Part shown: piece after piece, positions 18,872 through 28,619 of the stretch
Numbering within the stretch: the first letter of the stretch is position 1
How the letters are laid out: the number at the start of each line of letters is the position of its first letter
Source: Methanotrichaceae archaeon
GTDB lineage: Archaea; Halobacteriota; Methanosarcinia; Methanotrichales; Methanotrichaceae
Length of the DNA: 52,555 bases
Assembly: GCA_963754945.1 (NCBI GenBank)
Contig: CAVWIG010000008.1
Span: forward strand, 1 to 52,555
Direction: 5' to 3'
Made by a program: the position numbers and the translations under genes
The notes under the pieces: generated by a model
What the model saw: the letters and a program-made list of their open reading frames with translations, nothing else
The model's database searches: none
Told to the model about the DNA's origin: nothing

Positions 18872-19960
18872 ATGGTAGAGATTGCGGGACAAGTAGTAAC
18901 CGCAGTAGATGTAGGTTTGTTTGCTATATTCTTGATAGTATTGGCTGCACCTTTCAAGGTGAAGCTAGCAGAGAAGAACCTTGAGGCATTTCTGTTCGTT
19001 ATGGGTGTTGTAGCCGTCACAGTAACCAGCCATTGGCGCATGGAACTAGTTGAATTGGCCGCGAAAGAGCCAATACTGAAAGGCATAGTTCCGGCGGTCC
19101 TGATTGCAGGCATCATATTCTTCTACGGAAAGGGTGCCTTCAAAAGCGTCATGAATGGCCTGATAAAATCAATTCCCATGCCCGTTCTGGTCTTCTTGAT
19201 TGTATTCATCTGTGGAATGATCTCCAGCGTCATCACCGCCATCATCACATCCCTGTTCTTGGTGGAGATCGTCAACCTGATGCCTATGGAGCGCGTGAAC
19301 AAGATCAACCTAGTGATTCTCGCTTGTTTCTCGATCGGCTTGGGAGCTGTGCTCACTCCTCTTGGTGAACCTCTGTCCACCATTGCCATAACCAAGCTGC
19401 AGGGAGAGCCATATCATGCAACTTTCTGGTATCTCGCAGACCAGATAGGAATACTAGTCTTGCTGGGTTGTGCCATATGTGCAGCATTCGCAGCATTCTA
19501 TGTGGGCAAAGCTGGCAAGGCAGAAGTCAAGGAGATCGCCGATGAGGGCGGCTTGAGAGATGTTATCGTCAGAGCAGTTAAGGTCTATGTATTCGTGGCC
19601 GCTCTGTTCCTCCTGGGCGACGGAATGAACGTTCTCATTGACAAGTACTTCACCCACATCCCATCCGTGGTGCTGTACTGGGTGAATATGGTCTCGGCCA
19701 TCCTGGATAACGCTACCTTGACCGCAGCGGAGTTGTCTCCAGCCATGGACCAGGGTCAGATCAACGCTGCTCTGATGGGGCTGCTCATCTTCGGCGGAAT
19801 GCTGATCCCAGGCAACATCCCTAACATCATATCCGCAGGCAAGCTGGGCATCACTAGCGGCGAGTATGCCAAGCTGGGAGTTCCCTTTGGGCTTGTGCTA
19901 GGCGCGTTTTTCTTCGTCGTGATCTACGTCCTGCACTTCACCCCGAGACTAGGACTCTAA
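18872..19960 (+). CDS. DUF1646-family membrane transporter, copy 2 (tandem paralog)
   Basis: Same length as copy 1 and very similar. Confidence 0.85.
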   Translation: MVEIAGQVVTAVDVGLFAIFLIVLAAPFKVKLAEKNLEAFLFVMGVVAVTVTSHWRMELVELAAKEPILKGIVPAVLIAGIIFFYGKGAFKSVMNGLIKSIPMPVLVFLIVFICGMISSVITAIITSLFLVEIVNLMPMERVNKINLVILACFSIGLGAVLTPLGEPLSTIAITKLQGEPYHATFWYLADQIGILVLLGCAICAAFAAFYVGKAGKAEVKEIADEGGLRDVIVRAVKVYVFVAALFLLGDGMNVLIDKYFTHIPSVVLYWVNMVSAILDNATLTAAELSPAMDQGQINAALMGLLIFGGMLIPGNIPNIISAGKLGITSGEYAKLGVPFGLVLGAFFFVVIYVLHFTPRLGL

Positions 19961-20306
19961 GCGGTGCGAAAGCATCGCTTTATTTCTTCTCTTTTTTGGA
20001 GTTTAAGAGCTGTTTCTGGTCCTTCTTTGACGATCGTCTATCGTTCTAAGTTTCCTTCATGTTCCAATTTATTTCATAAAATTAGTTTGGATTTAGCTAG
20101 AATGTTGCGTGGCATAGAAACAAGGAATGGTCAATTTGGTCTTACACTTATAGGGTAGATCAGTATCTTTAGCGATGAAATCCGATTAGCTTCTCTATCC
20201 ATTTATCAAGCCTTTTTGCAGAAGAGCTTGGATCTTGAAGCTCAGCACCATTTTGAGTGATGGAATTTCATGACTGGTCTACCCTACTACCTTAGTTAAA
20301 ATTAAT

Positions 20307-20350
20307 CCTATTTTACCCTTTTGGTAATTATACCAAAAAGGTAAAATAGG
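20307..20350. promoter_or_regulatory. 44 bp palindrome (candidate operator); degenerate copy at ~18800-18841
   Basis: CCTATTTTACCCTTTTGGTA-ATTA-TACCAAAAAGGTAAAATAGG, 19/20 paired. Confidence 0.6.
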
Positions 20351-20531
20351 TATAAAACCTAACTTTGACTCGTAATTAGGCAGGGTGGAGTATGCATTAA
20401 AAGTTGGGTCGCCAAATGATGGGCTTGCAGGAAAGGGTGTTTTCGTATTGTTTCCTGCTGAACTGAGACGGCTCTTTGGGTAGAAGGGTTCCGCATTGAC
20501 TTTGCTTAATTCAAGAATGCGAGGTGAACGA

Positions 20532-20705
20532 ATGACAGGAATTACTGATGTAATGCGTCAATACGAGAAAAATACCGAACAGATTTTGAAGAATCGGCCA
20601 AAGCACTCCAAAGAATACGGGATCAAGCTCCCTGAGACGAGGAACATCATAATTGTTTTAGCAGGGCTTGTTCTTATTTTCGTATTCGTCTCCCAATTGA
20701 TGTAG
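20532..20705 (+). CDS. Small protein with C-terminal TM helix
   Basis: GAGGTGA RBS; hydrophobic IIIVLAGLVLIFVFV. Confidence 0.6.
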   Translation: MTGITDVMRQYEKNTEQILKNRPKHSKEYGIKLPETRNIIIVLAGLVLIFVFVSQLM

Positions 20706-20778
20706 AATTGGATTGCGAGAAGGAGGTTAGGTGATGATATCTTTATTTTTTATCAATTTTGCAATAGTGTAACTGAAC

Positions 20779-21213
20779 CTATTGGTTTTTTCTCATAATT
20801 ATGTCTGCGGCAATCACAGACGGGACTTTATTAATCTGGCAGACTGTTAATACACGAAAAAGCTCATCGCGTTGCATTGACGCAGTATTTTGAGCCACGA
20901 ACAGCATAGCCCCTTGGTACCCTTCGTCGAGGAGGGCATTTTTGACGCTTTCCAGGAGCTCCTTGTCTATATTTAGCTCTATAGCGCCGAAGTCCTCAAT
21001 CACCTTATCCACAATCTCGCTGCTGATTTTTTTCTTTATCTCGACAGAATACGTTGAATCCTGCACGAAATTCAATGCTTTTTTTGAAATTCCTTTTAAT
21101 ACCAACTCAGACGCAAGTTTCTTCAGGGTTTTTCCTTGGAGAATTGCTTCAGCCTCTAATGCTTCATAGGCTTCCTGAGTTATTTCTATCCTTGTGTATT
21201 TGACATTAGCCAT
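20779..21213 (-). CDS. Putative regulator: RHH-like N-terminus plus helical domain shared with 37541-37828
   Basis: YTRIEITQEAYEALEAEA...GKTLKKLASELV; EGYQGA...ELFRVL. Confidence 0.6.
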   Translation of the reverse strand: MANVKYTRIEITQEAYEALEAEAILQGKTLKKLASELVLKGISKKALNFVQDSTYSVEIKKKISSEIVDKVIEDFGAIELNIDKELLESVKNALLDEGYQGAMLFVAQNTASMQRDELFRVLTVCQINKVPSVIAADIIMRKNQ

Positions 21214-21444
21214 TTTACTCTTCCGGCCTCATTCCTGTCATTTGATTTAATTGCTTACATATTCATAACTATTAAAGCCTACTGAGCGAATGGAATTGAT
21301 CCTAAGCCCAAGGCGATTCAAAATAAAGGCCCATTATGCCGTTAAACAAAATATTTCCTTTTTCTCTCCGTGTTCCAAAATTAGGCAAAAGGGATAAATA
21401 CCTTTGTGGTAAAAAAGAAAAATAACCAAATGGAGGAAAAGAGA

Positions 21445-21522
21445 ATGAAAACGAATGTGTTTCCTTACTGGATTGGACTCTGGGTATTAGCCATCATTCT
21501 TGTGTTAGTATTCGGTCATTGA
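21445..21522 (+). CDS. 25 aa single-TM peptide (not in ORF track)
   Basis: GGAGG upstream; MKTNVFPYWIGLWVLAIILVLVFGH. Confidence 0.4.
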   Translation: MKTNVFPYWIGLWVLAIILVLVFGH

Positions 21523-21699
21523 GTATTACGAAGAGTCGGACAAGTTAGCACAATAAATGCCCATTACAAGGCAATCTAAATTAATATGAATTAAATGAGT
21601 TTGGCGAGAAAGAAAATAAAACATCGATCGCCATTCGCGTCCATACTTTGTCGTCTTTCTCGCCAGACCACCTCTTAATTCTGCTCAGAAGATAATTAA

Positions 21700-21795
21700 A
21701 TGTCAGACATTGCTATCGAATTAATTTCACTCGTTTTACTTGTGATTTGGCTGGGTATGATGTGGGTAGTGGTTCGAAAAATAAAAAGGCGATAA
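21700..21795 (+). CDS. 31 aa single-TM peptide with basic tail (not in ORF track)
   Basis: MSDIAIELISLVLLVIWLGMMWVVVRKIKRR. Confidence 0.4.
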   Translation: MSDIAIELISLVLLVIWLGMMWVVVRKIKRR

Positions 21796-21858
21796 TTTCA
21801 AATTTAGAGCTTAGCAAAAATCCTTGCCTCAATTCACGATTCTTAAATTAAGAACGCA

Positions 21859-22137
21859 CTATCGTTCCATAGGACGATCTTTATTGTACCTCACACCGGG
21901 CGTTGTAACATACCACCTGCCTTTCTTGCCCTTCATGAACTCCAAAGCCTGAGGATAGTCGTCGAAGAAATGGCGCTCACCGCTGTCTAAATCCACCACA
22001 TTGATCCTGGGGTCAAGAGTTATCCCTATTCTCTCCAGCATAGCCTCGATCTCCCTCCTGTTCTCGCTCTTCCTGCGTGGAATCTGCTCGGCCGATTCGG
22101 CTATCCTTTCGACATTCTCTTCGGGCATCGGGTTCAA
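21859..22137 (-). CDS. Hypothetical protein
   Basis: ORF downstream of 22159-22719 on the same strand. Confidence 0.6.
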   Translation of the reverse strand: MNPMPEENVERIAESAEQIPRRKSENRREIEAMLERIGITLDPRINVVDLDSGERHFFDDYPQALEFMKGKKGRWYVTTPGVRYNKDRPMER

Positions 22138-22158
22138 CCTCAGCTCATCATTCGGTTT

Positions 22159-22719
22159 TCAGAACTTAGAGGGCTTGGCTTTGCCGAGGGCCCAGCGGAT
22201 GTACTCAGCGGCTGGAAACTCATGGACCGATGTCGCTACGATCAGCCCTTGGCCGAATTTCCCGGCTACAAGAATTGCCCTTCCCTTCGAGTCTTTGAGG
22301 ACAGTCTCAAAGCCCTCGCCTGGAATGAGGTAACCGTCGCACTCTGGGGTCAATGTGCAGCACAGGCATGAACATTCGTGCTCCGTTGTAGTTATGGTCT
22401 GGCTGCCTAGCTCGCACACATACTTCAGTGGTAGCGGCAGCCATCCGTAGTCGTGCTCCGGCACCAGTGGTCCAAATACGGTCAGGATGCCTCCTTTTCG
22501 CACAAAGCCGGCTATGTTGGACCTGCATCTCTGAAGCACAGGCAGAGTTTTTGAGTACTGGTTATTGGCAAAGCCAGTGGGTATCATGATCATCTTGAAC
22601 TCGGGCAGGAAGGGGCTTCCAAGAACGCTTGCCTGTAGGAACTGATAGCTGGCCCCTAGCTCCTGGAACAGCTTCTCGAAGAGGAAGGTGCGATCGCCGA
22701 TTAGAGCAATATCGGGCAT
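22159..22719 (-). CDS. Hypothetical protein, class I glutamine amidotransferase-like fold
   Basis: FVRKGG.L.VFG, YGWLP, GKFGQG pattern. Confidence 0.6.
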   Translation of the reverse strand: MPDIALIGDRTFLFEKLFQELGASYQFLQASVLGSPFLPEFKMIMIPTGFANNQYSKTLPVLQRCRSNIAGFVRKGGILTVFGPLVPEHDYGWLPLPLKYVCELGSQTITTTEHECSCLCCTLTPECDGYLIPGEGFETVLKDSKGRAILVAGKFGQGLIVATSVHEFPAAEYIRWALGKAKPSKF

Positions 22720-22846
22720 ACCTTAATAGTTCCGGTTTAGCTTGAAATTCTTTGTGGCGCTCGTATTGTGGAATAGCCGCGAAATATTCAGACATATTGC
22801 CAACAGATTTATTACTAAATGTGACGAGAATAATTAACGAGGCATT

Positions 22847-23269
22847 ATGGAACAGGAACTCATGAGGATCGGAGTATCCCTGCCGGAGAAGCTCCTGAGC
22901 AGGTTCGACGACATAATCCTGCAGCGGGGATACTCCTCCCGGTCGGAGGGCATTAGAGACGCCATAAGGAACTACATCGTTCACTATGAGTGGATGAGCG
23001 ACGTCCAGGGAGAGCGAGTAGGAGTCATAACACTTGTGTACGCCCACTCTCAGAGGGGCCTAGTGGAGAACATAACCGAGATTCAACACGAGTATGGGGG
23101 CATAATTCAGTCTAGCCTTCATGTCCACCTCGACCACGATAATTGTCTGGAGGTTGTAGTGCTCCGGGGCGAAGGCCAGGATGTGAAGAAGGCCGCAGAG
23201 AGGATGATGTCCCTCAAGGGCGTCAAGCATGTGAAGCTGACCACTACCTCTATTGGAAAAGAGCTTTAG
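22847..23269 (+). CDS. nikR: Nickel-responsive regulator NikR
   Basis: [30 protein letters not shown]. Confidence 0.96.
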   Translation: MEQELMRIGVSLPEKLLSRFDDIILQRGYSSRSEGIRDAIRNYIVHYEWMSDVQGERVGVITLVYAHSQRGLVENITEIQHEYGGIIQSSLHVHLDHDNCLEVVVLRGEGQDVKKAAERMMSLKGVKHVKLTTTSIGKEL

Positions 23270-23273
23270 CGAT

Positions 23274-23939
23274 ATGGTGCAGGAGATGCGGACGATACTG
23301 CCTGGAGTCCGCTTTGTGGATGTCGTTGGTCATAAGAGGATAGCAACAGTTGCTACGTCTTCAAAATCAGTGTACGGCGAGAGAATTATAGATGGATTTC
23401 GTATCTGGGACCCTTACCGCTCAAAGTTGGCCGCCCTTCTACTCAAGAGCCGTTCGCCTTTGCCAATCGTGTTGTCCACGGATTCTATTGTACTGTACCT
23501 GGGAGCGTCCACAGGAACCACAGTCAGCCATGTCAGTGACATCGTGCGCGACGGTTTGGTCTATGCCGTCGAGATCTCTCCCCGCTCTATGCGCCAGCTT
23601 CTCCAGCTTGCAGAGTCCCGTCGGAACATAATACCAATACTGGGAGATGCAGCCAGGCCGGAATCCTACAGTAGACTGGTTGAGCCGGTCGACCTGGTCT
23701 ATCAGGATGTAGCCCAGCGCAATCAGGCAGAGATTGCCACCTTGAACTCTGCCAGGTACCTCAAGACTGGAGGTACATTGGTTCTGATGATCAAGACTAG
23801 GTCTATCGACTCAAGTGCATCGCCCGTAGAAATTCGCGGCTCCGAGATAGAAATGCTGACGGGCCTGGAGGTCCAATCTGTCACGGACCTCCTGCCGTAC
23901 CACCACGACCACTGGGCGGTTGTCGCCAAAAAGGTTTAG
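23274..23939 (+). CDS. flpA: Fibrillarin-like rRNA/tRNA 2'-O-methyltransferase
   Basis: VYGE, WDPYRSKL, LYLGASTGTTVSHVSD, YQDVAQ. Confidence 0.95.
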   Translation: MVQEMRTILPGVRFVDVVGHKRIATVATSSKSVYGERIIDGFRIWDPYRSKLAALLLKSRSPLPIVLSTDSIVLYLGASTGTTVSHVSDIVRDGLVYAVEISPRSMRQLLQLAESRRNIIPILGDAARPESYSRLVEPVDLVYQDVAQRNQAEIATLNSARYLKTGGTLVLMIKTRSIDSSASPVEIRGSEIEMLTGLEVQSVTDLLPYHHDHWAVVAKKV

Positions 23940-24712
23940 CTACCACCTAAAAGCTTGTGGATCTCGTCCCCGATTATGTTGGGTATCAACCTGACGTACC
24001 CAACAATAGGTATCCTGACTCTAGCCACTCCTATTACCCACTCCTTTTTAACGGGAGTCAGATAGCTTATTCCCTCGCCCACGTAAGTCTTGTTGCCCAT
24101 CTCATAGAGGATCAGGCCAGTTTTTTTGTCTCTGTATATGCCTCCCGGGCTGACCTCGACGATCTGGTCAGTGTGCTCTTTGATGTAGCTTGCGTTGGCC
24201 ATTCCCAATATCGCGCCAGCCATCTGGTCTATTCTATCGTTATGGTCTCCCTTGGTTATGTATCCGGAGAATGGTGCCTTTGGCCCCCCGTCCCACATGG
24301 GCTGGCCCTGATCTACATAGCTCATGGCCCGATGGATTATAGGAGTCGCTTTATCAGGCGGGTAGGGTACGCCAAAAATAGCCTTGGCCTGGTCTATAAG
24401 ACCCAGCCTCTCCTTTCCATAAGGTAGGTAGAGGATGACATCTCCCGGATTGTTAAAGGCGGTGTACCCTTTGGTCACAGCCGCATCCCAAGGTATCACC
24501 TCTGTCCTGGATGCCCCCTGAACTACAACGATGTCTCCTATGTTCATGTTGGGAACCATGCTGCCCGACTCCACTGCTACCATGGGCGTCCACAGGCCGA
24601 GGGCTAATTGGGACACTGCCGATATAACCCCAATGACCACAACCACGAACAGTATATCGCTGACAAATCCTGGAAGATGTAGATCCTCTCTCAGCTTGTC
24701 TCTGATCTTCAT
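23936..24712 (-). CDS. S26 signal peptidase I (Sec11-type)
   Basis: VESGSMVP, GD, IIHR, TKGDHN. Confidence 0.9.
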   Translation of the reverse strand: MKIRDKLREDLHLPGFVSDILFVVVVIGVISAVSQLALGLWTPMVAVESGSMVPNMNIGDIVVVQGASRTEVIPWDAAVTKGYTAFNNPGDVILYLPYGKERLGLIDQAKAIFGVPYPPDKATPIIHRAMSYVDQGQPMWDGGPKAPFSGYITKGDHNDRIDQMAGAILGMANASYIKEHTDQIVEVSPGGIYRDKKTGLILYEMGNKTYVGEGISYLTPVKKEWVIGVARVRIPIVGYVRLIPNIIGDEIHKLLGGS

Positions 24713-24753
24713 CAGCCAACTTTATCAGTTTGTACGCTCTTATACCCCTTTCG

Positions 24754-26289
24754 ATGCTGGAGATAGTTCAGAGGTTTGCCGAGGAAGGCTACCAGATAGA
24801 ACCGGAGGCCCTTGAGATGATCCGGTCCTACAGTGGGGCAAGAGAGGAACTGGTGGGGCAAATCCTGAGCAACATAGACGGCTCCGTCATTGTCGTCCGG
24901 GCAGGACATGTATCCGACATCCTTTCTCCCTCTGAAGGCCTGGCTAGTCTTGTCCGTAATTCTGAAGCTCCTTATGGCATTGTTGGACCATCTTGGGCCA
25001 GAGTTGGTTTAGAGGTTGTGGGGGGGTTGCATGGGTCCTTGGCAGGGGATCTTGGCTCGCCTTTGGTAAAGGAACCATGTCATCCTGGAATCGAAGTGAA
25101 TTCTGACATAACTGGCAACTCCACCTGTGTGGGTGAATACGAGGACTTTGTTAGGTACTTCCGCGATAGATACTCGAAGATCAGAGAGATTCTCTCCAGG
25201 AGGCTGAACGCCCGTCCCATTGAAAGCCTGGGGAAGAGCATGGTGGGCCGTGAGGTCTCATTGATCGGAATGGTCATGGATGTTCGGACAACAGCCAAAG
25301 GCCACCGCGTTCTGGAGCTCGAGGACCCAACGGGAATGGTGGTCGCCATAATCCAGAAGGACTCTGAGCTGTTCGAGCAGTCCAGCTATATAGTTCCCGA
25401 TGAGGTCTTGGGTATTACGGCCGTTTCGGACGGAAATGGAAGGGTCTTCGTCAAATCGCTCCTTTGGCCGGACATGCCCAATCAGAGTAAGTCTCTAGAG
25501 GCTGGAACCGGCTTTACAGTGCTTACATCCGACCTCCACGTGGGCAGCAAGTATTTTATGGAAGATGCTTGGGAGCGGTTTGTGGCTTGGATAAACGGCG
25601 ATGTAGAAGACCCTTCGGGTTTGGCATATCAGGTGAAGTATATCGTGATCGCAGGGGATTTAGTAGACGGCATAGGGATATACCCTGGACAAGAAAGTGA
25701 CCTAGCAATTAAGGACATCTACGAACAATACGAAGCTGCGGCCCAATGCCTGAACAGCATCAGGAAGGATGTCGAGATGGTGCTCTCTCCAGGGAATCAC
25801 GATATTGTGAGACAGGCGGAGCCCCAGCCTGCTCTTCCCACGTCGGTCCAGAGGTTCTTCTCCGGGCCGATACACTTTGTTGGCAACCCGGCGTGGGTAA
25901 CCCTCGAAGGAGCCTCTCTTCTGGTCTATCACGGCAGGAGCATAGACGATCTGGTCATGAGAGTTCCTGGAATGTCGTACAGCGAACCGGAAAAGGCCAT
26001 GGTGGAGATGCTTAGGAAACGGCACCTCTCCCCAATATACGGAGGCAGAGTCTCCATTGCTCCAGAGCATCAGGACCATTACGTAATTCACAAACCTCCC
26101 AATATCCTTCACTGCGGCCATGTTCATACTGTCGGAATAGCTAGGTACAAGGGCGTAGCAGCAATAAACAGCGGAACCTGGCAGTCCCAGACCGAATTTC
26201 AGAAGAAGATGAACATACAGCCTACTCCTGCAGCGGTTCCCATAATCGATATGGCAACCATGAAAGTGAAGAAACTCCTTTTCGCTTAG
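24754..26289 (+). CDS. DNA polymerase D small (proofreading) subunit DP1
   Basis: OB fold LEDPTG; SDLHVGS, GDLVDGIG, PGNHD, HGRSIDD, GHVH. Confidence 0.95.
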   Translation: MLEIVQRFAEEGYQIEPEALEMIRSYSGAREELVGQILSNIDGSVIVVRAGHVSDILSPSEGLASLVRNSEAPYGIVGPSWARVGLEVVGGLHGSLAGDLGSPLVKEPCHPGIEVNSDITGNSTCVGEYEDFVRYFRDRYSKIREILSRRLNARPIESLGKSMVGREVSLIGMVMDVRTTAKGHRVLELEDPTGMVVAIIQKDSELFEQSSYIVPDEVLGITAVSDGNGRVFVKSLLWPDMPNQSKSLEAGTGFTVLTSDLHVGSKYFMEDAWERFVAWINGDVEDPSGLAYQVKYIVIAGDLVDGIGIYPGQESDLAIKDIYEQYEAAAQCLNSIRKDVEMVLSPGNHDIVRQAEPQPALPTSVQRFFSGPIHFVGNPAWVTLEGASLLVYHGRSIDDLVMRVPGMSYSEPEKAMVEMLRKRHLSPIYGGRVSIAPEHQDHYVIHKPPNILHCGHVHTVGIARYKGVAAINSGTWQSQTEFQKKMNIQPTPAAVPIIDMATMKVKKLLFA

Positions 26290-26684
26290 AAGGTTTTATT
26301 AATAAGTTCAGCAGTAATTCTAAGCGGGTAATAAATTCAGTAGCAAAGAAGGGGCATAAATGGGTAGGACTCCTTGCCCATTATGTGATTAAGGGTTTAC
26401 GCGAAATGCTCCACCAATTCGACATCTAACAGTGCGAACTTTATTAGTATAATCTTTATTTATATTTTATTAAAGTTTTATAAAAATCAACCCACTACAT
26501 GGAATAATAAATTCCAATATTATTCCTATATTCAGTAATTTTTGGCTAGAAGGTACGATTATTGGGAAATTACTCAGTTTGAATATCATAAGAACTGATT
26601 TCAGGTCTTGTATTCCATACCAAAAAATATAAGTATAATAGATGCGAACACAATTGTAAAATAAAGGATGTATGGGGTGAGATT

Positions 26685-27149
26685 ATCGAAAAAGTAGCAA
26701 TAATCGCTATGCTGGCGTTGGCTATCGTCGCCGTTCCAGTCATGGCGCAGGACGCATCCGCAATGGGCGGAAAAGGCACAGACATCTTGGGCAACGGGAT
26801 ATTCGAGTGCGGGGACAACGCTTTCAAGTTCCCCATTCTCGCGGACACCAACTTCGACAGCATAACTGTTGGAAATGACAACGCTCACGCATATGGACTC
26901 GAAGGGTTCTTCCCGTTCTTCGGCCCCAAAGCCGAGGCTGTGAATAACTTAGAGATCAAGAAGAACCAGCAAGTAGGTCCATGTGAGAGCTGCTGTAAGG
27001 CAGGTAGCCCTGATTCCTGCTCCGCATGCCAGTCTCCCTGCACAACGGTAAACATAGATCAGGTTCATGTTGGAGACCGGAACGCTCAGGCCTATGGTAA
27101 TGCCGAAGCCGAGAACAACGTCAAGCTAGTCCTTAACCAGGCACGTTAG
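26685..27149 (+). CDS. Secreted beta-repeat protein with Cys-rich linker, copy 1 (probable ATC start)
   Basis: GGGGTGA SD at 26674; signal peptide; two repeats; CESCC..C..C...C. Confidence 0.75.
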   Translation: MEKVAIIAMLALAIVAVPVMAQDASAMGGKGTDILGNGIFECGDNAFKFPILADTNFDSITVGNDNAHAYGLEGFFPFFGPKAEAVNNLEIKKNQQVGPCESCCKAGSPDSCSACQSPCTTVNIDQVHVGDRNAQAYGNAEAENNVKLVLNQAR

Positions 27150-27177
27150 GGTTTATTCCGTTCTCGGATGAGCTGAT

Positions 27178-27681
27178 ATGAACAAGATGCTACAACCCAC
27201 CGGCGCAATTCTGGTGGGTTTGGCTTTCCTTTTTTTATGCTTGTTTTCACAGTCAGTATCAGCAGAGCCAACTAAGGCTATTTATCCCGAGTCTCTCGAT
27301 ATGATAAAGGATTTCCATAATCAATTTACGAGTCCCTCTTATTCTTCTTTTGGCCAAGCGCGGTCGAAGTTGCCAGAGATGGCTGAATCATCTCGATTGG
27401 CGGACGAGAAGATTTTCATGAATGGTTCTTCTCAATCATTGGAAGGTCTAATCTCCGTCAACGGAATGAAAAGTAGGAGTGTGGCGTACGATGGCCTCCT
27501 TGAATCTACCAACAGTAAAATGAATGCCATGGACATCGCCGTTACAGGGATAACTGTAATAGCAATTAACATGGCTGAAGGCGGCCACGCAGTTGCAACT
27601 TCTAATATTGTCCTAAATCCCATCCAGAGCCTGGGATGGACCGTCGCGGCCAATCCTGAAGTTGATGAAAAGCTAAAGTGA
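27178..27681 (+). CDS. Secreted partner protein, copy 1
   Basis: Signal peptide; C-terminal DIAVTGITVIAINMAEGGHAVATSNIVLNPIQ. Confidence 0.75.
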   Translation: MNKMLQPTGAILVGLAFLFLCLFSQSVSAEPTKAIYPESLDMIKDFHNQFTSPSYSSFGQARSKLPEMAESSRLADEKIFMNGSSQSLEGLISVNGMKSRSVAYDGLLESTNSKMNAMDIAVTGITVIAINMAEGGHAVATSNIVLNPIQSLGWTVAANPEVDEKLK

Positions 27682-28125
27682 GCCGATAACAATCGGTTCC
27701 TCGGAGCAAATCTTTAGTTGATTGATGCGTGAGACAGTTGAAATAGGACAATCCATCAATCCTCAAAAGAATTGAATGTTCCTATCTGGTTCTGGGTATA
27801 ACCTCTCTTGTTGGCCCCCGCGTAGGAAGACACTGTCTTGATCTCCATTTTCTTCCTGAATCATAGGCCTCTTAGGCATCAGGCTTGCATCATTAGGATC
27901 TGCTTTCGAAAATGATAATTGAATATCATATAAGTATCTCGTATAATGTATGGTTCTACGAAATCAGAGTCTAATGACCCTATTATGGAATCAGCATTTC
28001 ATAGATTAAATTATACGAGTAGAATACCGCAATTTATCTACTTAAAATAGCTAAAAAACACCAAAACATATAAATATAAATGGAGTGTAGTTAAGTTCAA
28101 ACTAAAGTAAGGAAGGGGTGAGACT

Positions 28126-28590
28126 ATCAAAAAGGTAGCAATAATCGCTATACTGGCATTGGCTATAGTTGCCGCTCCAGGCATGGCGAAGGAATCATCA
28201 GCAATGATGAGCGGTACTGACATCTTAGGCAATGGGATATTCGAGTCTTCGGATGGGCTCAAGTTCCCCGAAAGCATTACCTCGGACATCAACTTCGACA
28301 GCATAACTGTCGGAAACGACAATGCTCGTGCGTTTGGATTTGAGGGGATGTTCCCGTTCTTCAACGAACCAGCCAAGGCAGTCAACAACTTGGAGATCAA
28401 GAAGAACCAGCAAGTAGGTCCTTGTGAGAGCTGCTGTAAGGAAGGTAGCCCTGAATCCTGCTCCGCATGCCAGTCTCCTTGCACAACGGTAAACATTGAT
28501 CAGGTCCACGTAGGGGACAGGAATGCATTTGCCACTGGCAACGCCGAAGCCGTGAACAACGTCAAGCTAGTCCTTAACCAGGCGCGGTAA
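28126..28590 (+). CDS. Secreted beta-repeat protein with Cys-rich linker, copy 2 (probable ATC start)
   Basis: SD at 28115; in-frame TAA at 28108; paralog of copy 1. Confidence 0.75.
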   Translation: MKKVAIIAILALAIVAAPGMAKESSAMMSGTDILGNGIFESSDGLKFPESITSDINFDSITVGNDNARAFGFEGMFPFFNEPAKAVNNLEIKKNQQVGPCESCCKEGSPESCSACQSPCTTVNIDQVHVGDRNAFATGNAEAVNNVKLVLNQAR

Positions 28591-28619
28591 GGTTTTATTC
28601 CGGCCCCGGATGAGCTGAT

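Noticed and set aside
17400-20500. Na+ (DUF1646-motif) riboswitch near the DUF1646 genes
   Set aside because: Could not match a consensus by eye; a cmsearch against Rfam would be needed.
26290-26680. AT-rich region after DP1 as chromosomal oriC
   Set aside because: No convincing ORB repeats or cdc6 gene; explained as promoter region of the downstream module.
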